Assembly: GCA_963755715.1 (NCBI GenBank)
Contig: CAVWLW010000064.1
Location: forward strand, 1-64,000
Origin: an uncultured delta proteobacterium
GTDB taxonomy: Bacteria; Desulfobacterota; Binatia; UBA9968
Direction: 5' to 3'
Length of the DNA stretch: 64,000 nt
Part shown: positions 42,148 through 52,620 of the stretch, in pieces
How the letters are laid out: the number at the start of each line of letters is the position of its first letter
How positions within the stretch are numbered: position 1 is the stretch's first letter
Made by a program: the position numbers and the translations under genes
Notes under the pieces: model-generated
The model's input: only the letters and a program-made list of their open reading frames with translations
The model's database searches: none
What the model was told of the DNA's origin: nothing

Positions 42148-43212
42148 CTACCATGGTTTTCGGTAACCCGTCGTCAGATCTTCTCCGCGGTGGCGCCACT
42201 TGGGTTCCTTGTCGAGGGTCCTCTCCGTGATGCCGCGCAAATTTCGGACAAGCTTTCCGTAGACTCCGCTGATTCCTGCGGACACTTTGCTGCCCGGCGG
42301 TTCATCCATGAAAGGCATGAACTTGTCCGGAAAGCCGGGCATCGTGCAGCCGATGCAAATACCGCCGACGTTCGGGCAACCGCCGATTCCGGCCATCCAG
42401 CCGCGCTTGGGCACATTGCATTTGACCACCGGTCCCCAGCAGCCGATTTTTACCAGGCATTTTGGCGAGCCATATTCAGTGGTGAAATCGCCTTGTTCAT
42501 AATATCCCGCGCGATCGCAGCCCTCGTGCACGGTCTGGCCGAAAAGCCATTTGGGTCGCAGATTTTCGTCGAGCGGGATCATCGGCGCCTGGCCGGTCGC
42601 CTGGTACAGCAGATAAAGAATCGTCTCCGACAAATTGTCGGGTTGGATCGGGCAGCCGGGCACGCAAACGATGGGAATGCCGGCGCGCGACTTCCAGTTC
42701 CAGCCCAAATAATCCGGCACGCCCATGGCGCCCGTCGGGTTGCCGGCCATGGCGTGGATGCCGCCATAGGTTGCGCAGGTTCCCACGGCGAGGACCGCCA
42801 GCGCCTTTGGCGTCAAGCGGTCGAGCCACTCACTGGTCGTCATCGGCTGGCCGGTTTCAAAATTGTTTCCGAAGCCGCACCAATAGCCTTCTTTCTTGAT
42901 GGCTTCGTTCGGAATCGATCCTTCCACGACGAGAACGAAGGGATCGAGCTCACCCTTTTCAGCTTTGTAGAACCACTTGATAAAGGTGTCGGCGCCGGGC
43001 TCGCCCATGCCTCCCGGGCCGCATTCAAAATCGATCAGCGGCCAATGCACGGCAACCTTCGGTAGACCCGGCAGAGCGCCGAGGACGATCTCCTCGATGC
43101 TCGGTTGCATGGCGGCGGTGAGCGCCACCGAGTCGCCATCGCAGCTCAAGCCGGCGTTGATCCACAACACATGAACTAAAGCATCTTCAGGTTTTGTCGC
43201 GGCCATGGGCAT
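42148..43212 (-). CDS. hhyS: Group 1h [NiFe]-hydrogenase small subunit
   Basis: SCDGDS (3Cys1Asp proximal cluster), GTCA, PGCP, HEGCDR, CLVKIGC, CPNVGGICIGC; no Tat signal; RBS AAGGAGG. Confidence 0.96.
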   Translation of the reverse strand: MPMAATKPEDALVHVLWINAGLSCDGDSVALTAAMQPSIEEIVLGALPGLPKVAVHWPLIDFECGPGGMGEPGADTFIKWFYKAEKGELDPFVLVVEGSIPNEAIKKEGYWCGFGNNFETGQPMTTSEWLDRLTPKALAVLAVGTCATYGGIHAMAGNPTGAMGVPDYLGWNWKSRAGIPIVCVPGCPIQPDNLSETILYLLYQATGQAPMIPLDENLRPKWLFGQTVHEGCDRAGYYEQGDFTTEYGSPKCLVKIGCWGPVVKCNVPKRGWMAGIGGCPNVGGICIGCTMPGFPDKFMPFMDEPPGSKVSAGISGVYGKLVRNLRGITERTLDKEPKWRHRGEDLTTGYRKPW

Positions 43213-43373
43213 CGACCTCCTTATTTTCGTGAATGATCCGTCTGCCCCTCGACTCTCCAAACCGGGCAGAGATCAGCGAAATTCGTTTCTGCCAAGGTGA
43301 ATAGTCGAGACCAGGCGCACCGGCAATACGGAGTACGTCCGTTTCTTCTATGAGAGATTAGCCGACTGTGGCC

Positions 43374-43388
43374 TAGGGGATTCCCCTA
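43374..43388. promoter_or_regulatory. Perfect inverted repeat, candidate response-regulator box
   Basis: TAGGGGA-T-TCCCCTA, ~160 nt upstream of hhyS. Confidence 0.55.
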
Positions 43389-43479
43389 TGAACTTATCGT
43401 GAAGTGTGACTGCCGGTTCGGCGAGAGAGCGAAAGCCGGAGGATATGAGATCTCGTTCGGCGCGAACGGCGCGATGGGA

Positions 43480-44163
43480 TTACGTGGATTTTTCCCGCTG
43501 CAGCCATTGAATTGCGTGCTGCACAAGCTCACTGGCGTCGCTCAGCGTCATCTTTTCTTTGATGTGTTCGCGGTACGACTCGACAGTCTTTACGCTCAAG
43601 CGCAGCTCCTCAGCGATGCGCCGAGTCCCATGACCCTGACCGATCAGTCGAAAGACTTCCAGTTCGCGGTCACTGAGCCGATCGATGGAAAATTTCTGCG
43701 CTGTACCCGGCGCGCCGACGAATTGCTGCAGCATCTTGTTGGCCATCCGCTTACTAAGATAGATCTCCCCGCTCAAGACTCGGCGCAGCGCGAGCAGCAC
43801 ATTCTCGGTGGCTTCTTGTTTCATGATGAAGCCGCGGGCGCCGGCCCGTAGCGCCCGCGGCGCATAGATCGATTCATCGTGGATGGAAAGAACTAAAACC
43901 GGCAAGGCCGGCATGCGGATCTTGAGGTTCTTGATCAATTCGATACCATCGGCGCCCTTCAACGAAATATCGGCAAGGGCGATGTCAGGTTTCAGCGTTT
44001 GCATGGCTTTGAGCGCTTCGTAGATATCTTCCGCGGTGCCGCAAACGGTCAGATCCGGCTCGCGGTTGATCAGCTGCGTGAGACCTTCTCGCACAATCGG
44101 ATGGTCGTCGATGACGAAGACCGTGCGCTTGCTCTTCACGGAAAGTTTTCGCTCAGCAGCCAA
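43480..44163 (-). CDS. NarL/LuxR-family response regulator
   Basis: VIDDHPIVREG, ADISL, MKQ, LSDRELEV...LSVKTVESYR. Confidence 0.95.
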   Translation of the reverse strand: MAAERKLSVKSKRTVFVIDDHPIVREGLTQLINREPDLTVCGTAEDIYEALKAMQTLKPDIALADISLKGADGIELIKNLKIRMPALPVLVLSIHDESIYAPRALRAGARGFIMKQEATENVLLALRRVLSGEIYLSKRMANKMLQQFVGAPGTAQKFSIDRLSDRELEVFRLIGQGHGTRRIAEELRLSVKTVESYREHIKEKMTLSDASELVQHAIQWLQREKST

Positions 44164-44174
44164 ATCACCCTCTT

Positions 44175-45566
44175 TTACTCGTTACCGTTTAGAGGAAGCA
44201 CGCAAGTAACCATCGTTCCGCCGTTCGGATTCTTCTGAATCTTTAGCGATGCGCCTATCATGTTGGCGCGGTAATTCATAATGCGTAGCCCCATACCTTC
44301 TTTGTGGTCAGGCACATCCGGAAAACCCACTCCGTCGTCATAGATGCTTAGGGCAACAGTACCGCCCCGGTGACTCAGATCAATAACGACCTGTCGGGAG
44401 TGACCGTGCTTGACGGCATTCGTCACCGCCTCTTGAGCGATTCGATACAGGTGCGTGGCTAAATCGATGTCGCGAATCGGGATGGCATCTTCATCGCGAA
44501 AAAGACACGAAACGTTGAACAATTCTTCGACGTCGGATGCCAGGTGTCGAAGCGCGGAGACAAACCCTTGGGATCCCGATGGCACCGGGAGAAGTCCGCG
44601 CGCGAGTTCGCGGGTCTGGTTGATCGCTTCATTGACGAGCCGAGCAATCTTAGCCGCGTCGTTGGCCTCTGCGGACAACTTCTCTGTAAGCTTGTCTGCC
44701 AAAACCTTGCTCAGGAAAGCAACGCCGGTGAGGTGCTGTCCCAATCCGTCGTGCAAATCCTGCGCAATGCGTCTTTTTTCCCGCTCGCTGATCTCGAGAA
44801 TGGATTTCTCCAAACGCTTGCGCTCAATCATTTCACTTTTCAGGATATCGTTGGCGATGCCCAGTTCGACGGTTCGCGCTTGCACGCGTATTTCCAACTC
44901 GTGTCGCGCCCCCAGTAGATCTTCCTGCACGCGCTTGCGCTCGCCAATCTCCAACTGCAGCATCTTATTGGTCAAAGCGAGTTCCTTGGTCCGCTCCTCA
45001 ACTCGCTTTTCCAAGTCGGCGCGACTGTTTTGCAGCTCCTCTTCGGCCTTTTTGAGCTCGGTGATATCGAAAGCTATGCCGTGAACGAACCAGGGATGGC
45101 CGTCTTCGGCGCGCACCATCTTCACTTCGCAATGAAACCAGACCGTGTGCCCGTCGCGGGCTAGGATCCGATAGATAGAGCGCAGCGGCTCGCCCGACAA
45201 AACCATCTGCGCGGTTTCGATATTCCACCGCTCTTTGTCACCGGGATGGATTTGGCGATACCAGCGGATGGGATCATCGAGCCACTCGGCCTGGGAGAAC
45301 CCCAAGGCGGCTTCGATGTGCGGGCTAACGTAAGCTTCGCTGATGCCTCGATCGAGAAAAATCATGAACACGACCGCCGGCACCTGCTCGACGAGCGTCC
45401 TATACCGCGCCTCGACGTCCGGCAGTCGCCGATCGTCGCCATTGTCCGGCTCACTGCCGACGGTGGATGACTTGCCATTGGCCTCGAAAAAAACGCTAGC
45501 CAGTTCCTGGATAACCCTTTCCGCGTCACTCAGACTGATTGACTTTTCGTCGCCGGCTTCGATCAC
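44175..45566 (-). CDS. Cytoplasmic PAS sensor histidine kinase (HisKA_3)
   Basis: PAS domain (YVSP..IHPGD..DITELK), coiled coil, RIAQDLHDGLGQ, QEAVTNAVKH, DDGVG, GMGL; no TM helix. Confidence 0.93.
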   Translation of the reverse strand: MIEAGDEKSISLSDAERVIQELASVFFEANGKSSTVGSEPDNGDDRRLPDVEARYRTLVEQVPAVVFMIFLDRGISEAYVSPHIEAALGFSQAEWLDDPIRWYRQIHPGDKERWNIETAQMVLSGEPLRSIYRILARDGHTVWFHCEVKMVRAEDGHPWFVHGIAFDITELKKAEEELQNSRADLEKRVEERTKELALTNKMLQLEIGERKRVQEDLLGARHELEIRVQARTVELGIANDILKSEMIERKRLEKSILEISEREKRRIAQDLHDGLGQHLTGVAFLSKVLADKLTEKLSAEANDAAKIARLVNEAINQTRELARGLLPVPSGSQGFVSALRHLASDVEELFNVSCLFRDEDAIPIRDIDLATHLYRIAQEAVTNAVKHGHSRQVVIDLSHRGGTVALSIYDDGVGFPDVPDHKEGMGLRIMNYRANMIGASLKIQKNPNGGTMVTCVLPLNGNE

Positions 45567-45615
45567 GTAACTTTGCCTTCGTTACCGTTTATTATTTCGC
45601 CGGCGGCTCGCCCGT

Positions 45616-46650
45616 TCAAGGTGTTGCTTTGCCGCGCCGGTCGGGCTCTTTGTTGAGTGAAGCTTGCGTGAAGCTGCGCAGCGCGCGAATGGTTTTCCCG
45701 TAGGTCATTACGGCGGTGGTCGAGAGAATCGAGCCCGGAGGTTGATCCATGAACGGCATGAACTTGTCCGGAAATCCCGGCATCGTGCAGCCGATACAAA
45801 TGCCGCCCACGCTCGGGCAGCCGCCCACGCCATTTACCCAACCGCGTTTTCCGACGTTGCACTGCACGACCGGTCCCCAACAGCCGAGCTTTACGATGCA
45901 CTGGTTCGAACCGTGTTCACCGGCGAACTCCCCCTGTTCATAATAACCGCCGCGATTGCATCCTTCGTGAACCGTTTGGCCAAATAGCCATGTGGGTCGT
46001 AACGCGTCGTCGAGAGGAATCATCGGCGCGCTGCCGGCTGCTTGATATAAGAGGTAGAGCAAAGTTTCCATAAAATTGTCCGGAAGAACCGGACAGCCAG
46101 GCACACAAACGATCGGAATGTCAGCCGCGGATTTCCATTGCCAACCCAAGTAATCAGCCAGCCCCATGGCACCCGTCGGATTCCCTTCCATCGCATGGAT
46201 ACCGCCATAGGTAGCGCATGTCCCCGCCGCAATCACCGCCCAGGCATTGGGCGCGAGCCGATTAATCCACTCACAAGTCGTGAGAGGTTGCCCAGTAACT
46301 TTGTCGGTTCCTAGTGCCGCCCAATAACCCTCGTCCTTGTTCTTTTCGTTGGGGATTGATCCCTCAACGACGAGAATGAAAGGCGCGAGATTGCCTTCGG
46401 CGGCGCGGTGAAACGGTTGCAAGAAATCATCTCCGTTTTCATAGGAGAGAAAGGGATTATGAAAATTGACTTTGGGAATACCGGGAAGAGCTCCGAGCAA
46501 AATATCTTCAAGACTCGGTTGCGTTGCCGCCGTGATGGCGATGGTATCTCCGTCGCACCCGAGACCGGCCGTGATCCAGAGAATATCGATCTCCCGGATA
46601 GATAGAGACGCTATAGATGGGATAGTATTTTTTGCGGCAAGATTCTCCAT
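45616..46650 (-). CDS. Second group 1h-type hydrogenase small subunit (stand-alone paralog)
   Basis: GCDGDT, GTCA, PGCP, HEGCNR, CIVKLGC, CPSVGGICIGC; shorter C-terminal tail than HhyS. Confidence 0.93.
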   Translation of the reverse strand: MENLAAKNTIPSIASLSIREIDILWITAGLGCDGDTIAITAATQPSLEDILLGALPGIPKVNFHNPFLSYENGDDFLQPFHRAAEGNLAPFILVVEGSIPNEKNKDEGYWAALGTDKVTGQPLTTCEWINRLAPNAWAVIAAGTCATYGGIHAMEGNPTGAMGLADYLGWQWKSAADIPIVCVPGCPVLPDNFMETLLYLLYQAAGSAPMIPLDDALRPTWLFGQTVHEGCNRGGYYEQGEFAGEHGSNQCIVKLGCWGPVVQCNVGKRGWVNGVGGCPSVGGICIGCTMPGFPDKFMPFMDQPPGSILSTTAVMTYGKTIRALRSFTQASLNKEPDRRGKATP

Positions 46651-46795
46651 TCTCTGACTCTCGCCGATACCCAGATGCGCCGGGATGGACTAGGTCACCC
46701 TGCGACTTCGGAGAGCGATTCTTTCACTTGACGCCGCGCCGCCAAATAGCGATATCAAGAGGAACAAAACATTAAGATGCTCAGTTCATCACTCC

Positions 46796-47624
46796 CTAGT
46801 CGTTCGCGTGGCGGGCGAACTCCGCCGAGTTTTCGTTGGTGATCTGCAGGCGAAAGCCGCTCGGCTCTCTGAAGTACGTGCCCAATTGCTCCGGGCGGCG
46901 ACCTTCGCGCTCGCCGTGGTCGTCGCGCTCCTCGATGCCGGCCGCATGGAGCTTGTCCACGATCGCGTGGAAATTGTCATCGGTGACGTTGAAAGCAAAA
47001 TGGCGCCCGCGGTAAGTAGTTTTGGTCACCTCGCTAAGCTCACTCACCTGATTCAGCACCACGCATTGCCCCGAGGGCACGGTCACGGCGACGAATCCAT
47101 CCTGCTTCTCTTTCACCGTGCAATTTATAAATTTTTTGTAGAAATCTACGCTCGCATCCAAGTCCGTCGTGTCGAAGTGCAGATGATCCAGCCGGGTTTT
47201 GCTGAGGCCACTCGCTTTGGTGATCTCGATGAAGTTGCCCTCCGAGTCCTGAAAGACCAGCCCTTGCTTCCAAAAACAACCCAAGCCTGGTTCGCGCTCG
47301 ATATCGCGCGCGAATGAGCATTCGCGTCGAATCTTATCGGCCATCGCGTCATATTGGCCCTCCGGCACTTGAAAAGAATGACGCGGGTAAGAGTTGACGT
47401 TGTCGCGCTTGGGCAGCGTCGTTTTTCCTTGAGAAAAAAGTCCGACGTGATTTTCGCCCAGCTTCATGAAGATGCGCGTCATGTTGGGCGCGTTTTGAGT
47501 TTTCAAAGTGTACGCTCCCAAGACCTCGCTGTAGAATTTTTCCGCCCGAGTCCGGATCCATCACCGCGATCACAAAATGGTCGAGATGATGAACATCACC
47601 GTTGGCTTTCAAGTTTGCACCCAT
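46796..47624 (-). CDS. Two-domain VOC/glyoxalase-family protein (frameshift ~47545)
   Basis: HLDHFVIAV, RHSF, DSEGNFIEI, LDHLHF, RHFAF, EPSGFRLQI. Confidence 0.82.
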
Positions 47625-47672
47625 AAGAAATTCTCCTTTCTTATCTTTAATCGATCCGTGGATTCATCGAAT

Positions 47673-48752
47673 TTACTGCGCTGCGGGCTCGGTAAAAACC
47701 ACGAGCCTTCCTTTGGGCAAATGCACCGAAACAGTTTTGCTCGGCTCCCGATCGTCGGGCGGCACCTTGGCGATCAAAGTCTTTTCCCCGATCTTCACTT
47801 CGGCGACCACCTGATCACCCAGGAATGTCGAGCTCATCACTTTTCCCTCTATCCGATTTTCATCTTCATTGGAAGATCGCTCCAAGCGCACGTCCTCCGG
47901 CCGGATACCGACGATCACCGCGCCATCGCAGCGGCGCGAGTCGGCCACGCAGAGGACTCCGCATTCCGTTTCGACATGGTTGGCATCCAGCATTTTCCCA
48001 CGTAGCCAATTGATCGAACCGAAGAACTCCGCCACCAGCGCGTTGGCCGGGCTGCGATAGAGCTCGAAAGGGTTGCCGATTTGCAGAATCTCGCCATGCG
48101 CCATCACCGCGATCCGATCGGCGAGCACCATCGCCTCGACCTGATCGTGGGTGACATAGAGAACGGTAATGCCGAGCTGCGTAGCCAGTTTCTTGATGTT
48201 CGCGCGCACTTCTTCGCGCAGCCGCGCGTCCAGATTGCTCAACGGCTCGTCCATCAACAATAGCGCGGGATTGACCGCCAACGCGCGCGCCAGCGCGACC
48301 CTTTGCTGTTGGCCGCCGCTCAACAGGCGCGCCGGTCGGTCCTCGAAGTTTTCCAATTGAACCAGCTCGAGGCTGCGGCGAATCCGCTCCACGGCGCTTT
48401 TCTTCGACATTCGCGAACGGCCGTGAGTGAGCACCAGCCCGATGTTTTCCGCCACGGTTAAATGCGGCCAAATCGCATAGGATTGAAAAACCATGCCGAT
48501 CTCGCGCTCCTCAGGCGCGGCGCAAACGCGCCGGCTACGAGAAAAGACCGTCTTGCCGTTGAGCGAGATTTCTCCTTCGTCAGGCTTTTCGAGGCCGGCG
48601 ACGCTGCGCAGCAGCGTCGTCTTTCCCGACCCGCTCGGCCCGAGCAGAACGAAAAATTCGCCGCGGCCGACTTCCAGATCGATCGCTTGCAGCGCCGCCA
48701 CCGCATGATCGCCGGTGCGAAATTTTTTGCTCAAGCCGGAGATCGAAATCAC
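47673..48752 (-). CDS. ABC transporter ATP-binding protein
   Basis: GPSGSGKT, LSGGQQQR, LMDEP; TOBE-like tail. Confidence 0.95.
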   Translation of the reverse strand: MISISGLSKKFRTGDHAVAALQAIDLEVGRGEFFVLLGPSGSGKTTLLRSVAGLEKPDEGEISLNGKTVFSRSRRVCAAPEEREIGMVFQSYAIWPHLTVAENIGLVLTHGRSRMSKKSAVERIRRSLELVQLENFEDRPARLLSGGQQQRVALARALAVNPALLLMDEPLSNLDARLREEVRANIKKLATQLGITVLYVTHDQVEAMVLADRIAVMAHGEILQIGNPFELYRSPANALVAEFFGSINWLRGKMLDANHVETECGVLCVADSRRCDGAVIVGIRPEDVRLERSSNEDENRIEGKVMSSTFLGDQVVAEVKIGEKTLIAKVPPDDREPSKTVSVHLPKGRLVVFTEPAAQ

Positions 48753-50450
48753 GCGACCTCCGTGACCCGACTGCGCCGGCCGAAGATGAAATAAAGCAAG
48801 ACCGCCGGCAGCATGAACGCGAGCACGACGAGGTTGGCGGCTGCGGCTTGGTTAAGACTGCCGCCGAGCCACAAACCCCACACGATCATTGGCAAGGTGA
48901 CGTTGTTCTGGCTCGTGACCAAGACCGACGCCATGGTCAATTCGCGATAGCAAAGCAGCGCCATCCAGATCCAAGCATAAACCAGGGCCGGCTTCAGCAG
49001 CGGCACGAGAATCTTGCGCATCACCTGCAGAGAGCTTGAGACCGCCGACAAACGCCGCTTCTTCGAGCTCCGGATGAATTTGCGCGAGCGAATTGTTGAG
49101 AATGCGCGTGGCAAAGCTGATCCGGCTTACCGTGTAAACAAAAATGAGAATGGTCAGGCTGCCATAGAGCGAAAAAACATTGTGCAAAAGGAACAAAGTC
49201 GCGAACATAGCGGCGATCGCCAGAATAAGATGAGGCACGGCATGAGGCAAAAATGCCACCGCGTCGAAAAGCAGCCGCCCGCGCAGACCGGAGCGCAGCA
49301 CGGTCCAGGAGATCGCCAGGCAAATCAACAACGTGAGCGTCGGCACGGTAAGCATGAGGATGAGAGTATTACCCGCCCCCTGCAACATCAGCTTCCACGG
49401 CAGGCCGTAAAAATTATTGAGCGACACTTGACTGAGCGCCGCCCATGACGGCGGCTGGAAGTAGCGCAACAGCGCGGCCCAGATCAGCAGAAGGAAAGGT
49501 AATAATTTGGCGACGACGAAATAGAAACCGAGAAACAACCAAGCGAAGATCCAGCCACGCGGCCCCAGCTCGATCAAGCGCGGCCGATAAGCCTTGCCGG
49601 TGACAACCGCGTAACGATGAGAAAAACGCAGGACACCGAAGTAACTCCAGCTCAGCAAGAGCGCTAACAGAATCAACACGGTGCTCACGGCGCCCGCGAC
49701 ACCGTAGCTGGGCAGCTCCTCCAACGGCTGAATTTTATAAAAAATAAACGTCGCGAAAGTAAAAATTTTGTTCGACATGCCGATGATCGCCGGCACTTCG
49801 AAAGCCGACAAGGCGATGGTGAACACATAAATCGACGCCGCGATGACGCCCGGAAACGTGAGCGGCAATGTTACGTATCTGAGCGTTCGAAAAATTCCCA
49901 ACCCGTGTACCCGCGCGGCTTCTTCCAGCGACGGATCCATCGTGCGGTAAGTGGCGACGACCATGATGAAAGCGATGGAGGATAAACCCAGACCTTCGAC
50001 CCAACCCATGCCGATAATCGATGCGATATTGAACGGCGCTTGCTGCAGTCCGAAAAGATCGACGAAGAAACGATTGACAATACCGATACGCGGATGCAAC
50101 AGAAACACCCAACCCATCGCGGTGAAAAACGTCGGCAGCAGAGCGCCGAGGGTCACGAGCATCAAGATAAAATTCTTTCCCGGCAGATCCGTGCGTTCGA
50201 CCAGCCAGGCCGTGGGCACAGCGAAAAGAAGCGAGACGAGCATGGCCGTCCCGGCAAAACCGACCGTGTTCAGAAAAGTTTTGTACGTAAACGGATCGGT
50301 GAAAATCTTGCGGTAGTGATTTAACGTGTAAACGATCGGCTCGCCTGGCCCGTTTTGCCAAAAGCCCATCCACAAAACGAGCAGCAGGAGCGCAAGGACC
50401 GGGACTAAGGCCGCCGCGGAAATCCCAACGACTAGCCAGCGACCCTTCAC
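48749..50450 (-). CDS. ABC transporter double-domain permease (frameshift ~49037)
   Basis: Many TM helices; two EAA motifs (SLEEAARVHG, ELEEAAFVGG). Confidence 0.9.
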
Positions 50451-50452
50451 GA

Positions 50453-51508
50453 TTATTTGCCTGCCAAAATGTCTTGGAATTTTTGCCGAACGCGGCTTTG
50501 ATTCTCGTGATTTTTTACGACGTCGGAGACGGGATTCGCATAGAACTTGACGCCTTGGCGCTCCTGATCTTTGACGAACTTAAACATGTTGGTTCCCTCA
50601 ACCAAGTGCGAGCTGGTCTTCTCCGTCTTCCAAAGAATATCCTGTCCTTCTTTGGTCAACATAAACGCCGCCAGAAGAGACGCCGCATTGGGATGAGCGG
50701 AGTTGCTCGGCACCGCGAGGTACCAATACGACAGGATCCCCGCGTCTTTGAAAATCCTACCATTGACCGGCGCGCCTTTCTCGCGCATGTCGTTGGCGTC
50801 CGCCAAGTCGCAATTGAATGCCATCATGGCAAATTCGCCGTTGAGAACCCGCTCTTCCTCGCCGCAGCGAATCAGGCCGGCTACCTGCTTGGCAAATTTT
50901 TGCAAAAACGCCGTGCTCTTCTCCTCACCCCAGATCAGCGCCAAGCGATCGAATGAAGCGGCGTACGGCGTCGAGGCGATTTTTCCTTTCCATTTCGGAT
51001 TGAGCAAATCTTCGACTTTCTGCGGCACTTCATCGGCGCGAACCATCGTGGTGTTGTAAGTCAAACCGGGCGTGCGCGAAACGACGATCATCACCCGGCC
51101 ATCCCAGTCCACCATCGGTCGCGTGATATGCGGAAAAATCTTCGTCCACTCGAGTTTTTTCAAATTCATCCGCGCCACGTGATTTTCCGAACCGATAAAC
51201 AAATCGCTGCTGGCTGACTGACCGGCTTTTCCTTCTTGAATAATGCGGCTCGCTAACTGCGGCATCGAGGGTCCGGGGCTGAACTTGAATGGCAGGTTTA
51301 GCCCGTAGGCTTTGTTAAAAGCCTTTTCAATCGTCTGCACGCCCTCGATCCCGCCCATCGTGCCGGTGCCCCAACTGAGAATAATCTGGCCTTCTTTTTT
51401 TGCGCCGTCGACAAGCTGAGCCAAGGTCTGAGCACCCACACCCGCAGGTACAATCATCAATCCGACGACCAGACAAAATACCGGCACGAGTCTTTTCTGC
51501 ATAATCAT
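50453..51508 (-). CDS. ABC substrate-binding protein
   Basis: Signal peptide; AKKEG, DLLNPKWKGK, SAHPNAA. Confidence 0.88.
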   Translation of the reverse strand: MIMQKRLVPVFCLVVGLMIVPAGVGAQTLAQLVDGAKKEGQIILSWGTGTMGGIEGVQTIEKAFNKAYGLNLPFKFSPGPSMPQLASRIIQEGKAGQSASSDLFIGSENHVARMNLKKLEWTKIFPHITRPMVDWDGRVMIVVSRTPGLTYNTTMVRADEVPQKVEDLLNPKWKGKIASTPYAASFDRLALIWGEEKSTAFLQKFAKQVAGLIRCGEEERVLNGEFAMMAFNCDLADANDMREKGAPVNGRIFKDAGILSYWYLAVPSNSAHPNAASLLAAFMLTKEGQDILWKTEKTSSHLVEGTNMFKFVKDQERQGVKFYANPVSDVVKNHENQSRVRQKFQDILAGK

Positions 51509-51601
51509 CGCTCGACTCCCACTTTGAACCTTGAACCCTTGAACCGTTTGAACATCCGAAAACGATTTAAACTGCTTGAACGATTTGAACCGGCTTTCTG
51601 A

Positions 51602-52564
51602 CTAAAGGTCCATTTTCTTTCCGAGGCCGCGCTTTACCGCTTCTTCATACAGCCACGCCGCAAAAGCCATGTCGCCGTAGCCGCCCTGGGATTCACGGAA
51701 AATGTTGATCTCATCGCGGCTCGTCCGGCCCGGCGCCTGTCCCGTAACCAATTCACCCAGCTCCGAAATGCGGCTCCAAGAAAGTTTTCCTTCCGCCGTC
51801 AATTCGACCAGCGGCAAAGCAGCCGAACGATCGCCATAATTGCGTTCTTGCTCTTGGCTGCCGACCACAATGCGATTCGCTTTCAAGTGAAGGCCGCGAC
51901 CGATCTCAGTCGGCTTGCCCATGCTGCTCACGTGCGTTCCCGCTTCGACCCAGTCTTCCGGAAAAATCGGCGTGAGCGAATTCGTCGCCGTGAGCACTAC
52001 ATCCATGCCGCGCACGGCTTGTTCGGGATTATCCACGCCGTGAACGCTGATACCGAGCAACTTTTCACCTTCCTCGCAGAATTTTGCTCGCCGCTGCGGA
52101 TCACGGCTCGAAACGTAAATTTCCCTAATTGGACGGACCGAAAGCAGCCCTTTGAGAATCCCGAAGGCGTTTCTGCCCACGCCGAACAATCCCAGTCGCT
52201 GCGAATCTTGCCGAGCCAAGTGTTTTGCCGCGATCGCCACCACTGCCGCAGTTCTCAGAGTGCCGAATGGAAACCCCATAAAAGAAAGCAACTCACCCGT
52301 GTCGGCGTCGAACAGCAAAGCATACATCTTATCACCGCCGCCCAAACCGAGGTTGGGTCCGAGTCGAACCCCGACCCGCCGTGCTCCCAACAGCGCACCC
52401 GATACAATGCGGAGTCCACTATGGCCGCCGAGTGGAATATGATAGGGCGCATGCGGCACGACTTGGCCGTTCGCCTGCTGTCTGTGTGCGTCTTCAATGA
52501 GCTCGATCGCTTTGTCGAGATCGAGCAGCGGCTTCAGTTCATCACGGCTAAGAATTAAGGGCAT
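51602..52564 (-). CDS. Ornithine cyclodeaminase/mu-crystallin family protein
   Basis: LFDADTG, LRTAA, GVGRNA, GELVTG..PGR, FRESQGG. Confidence 0.87.
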   Translation of the reverse strand: MPLILSRDELKPLLDLDKAIELIEDAHRQQANGQVVPHAPYHIPLGGHSGLRIVSGALLGARRVGVRLGPNLGLGGGDKMYALLFDADTGELLSFMGFPFGTLRTAAVVAIAAKHLARQDSQRLGLFGVGRNAFGILKGLLSVRPIREIYVSSRDPQRRAKFCEEGEKLLGISVHGVDNPEQAVRGMDVVLTATNSLTPIFPEDWVEAGTHVSSMGKPTEIGRGLHLKANRIVVGSQEQERNYGDRSAALPLVELTAEGKLSWSRISELGELVTGQAPGRTSRDEINIFRESQGGYGDMAFAAWLYEEAVKRGLGKKMDL

Positions 52565-52620
52565 CTCTCTCTCCGAAAACGGTTTGAACGTCTTGAACGA
52601 TTGAAACCTTTTGAACGGCT

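Noticed and set aside
44175-46650. Possible small-subunit/kinase fusion split by a sequencing error
   Set aside because: The small subunit has a clean TGA and the kinase frame has a TAA five codons upstream of its GTG, so two errors would be needed
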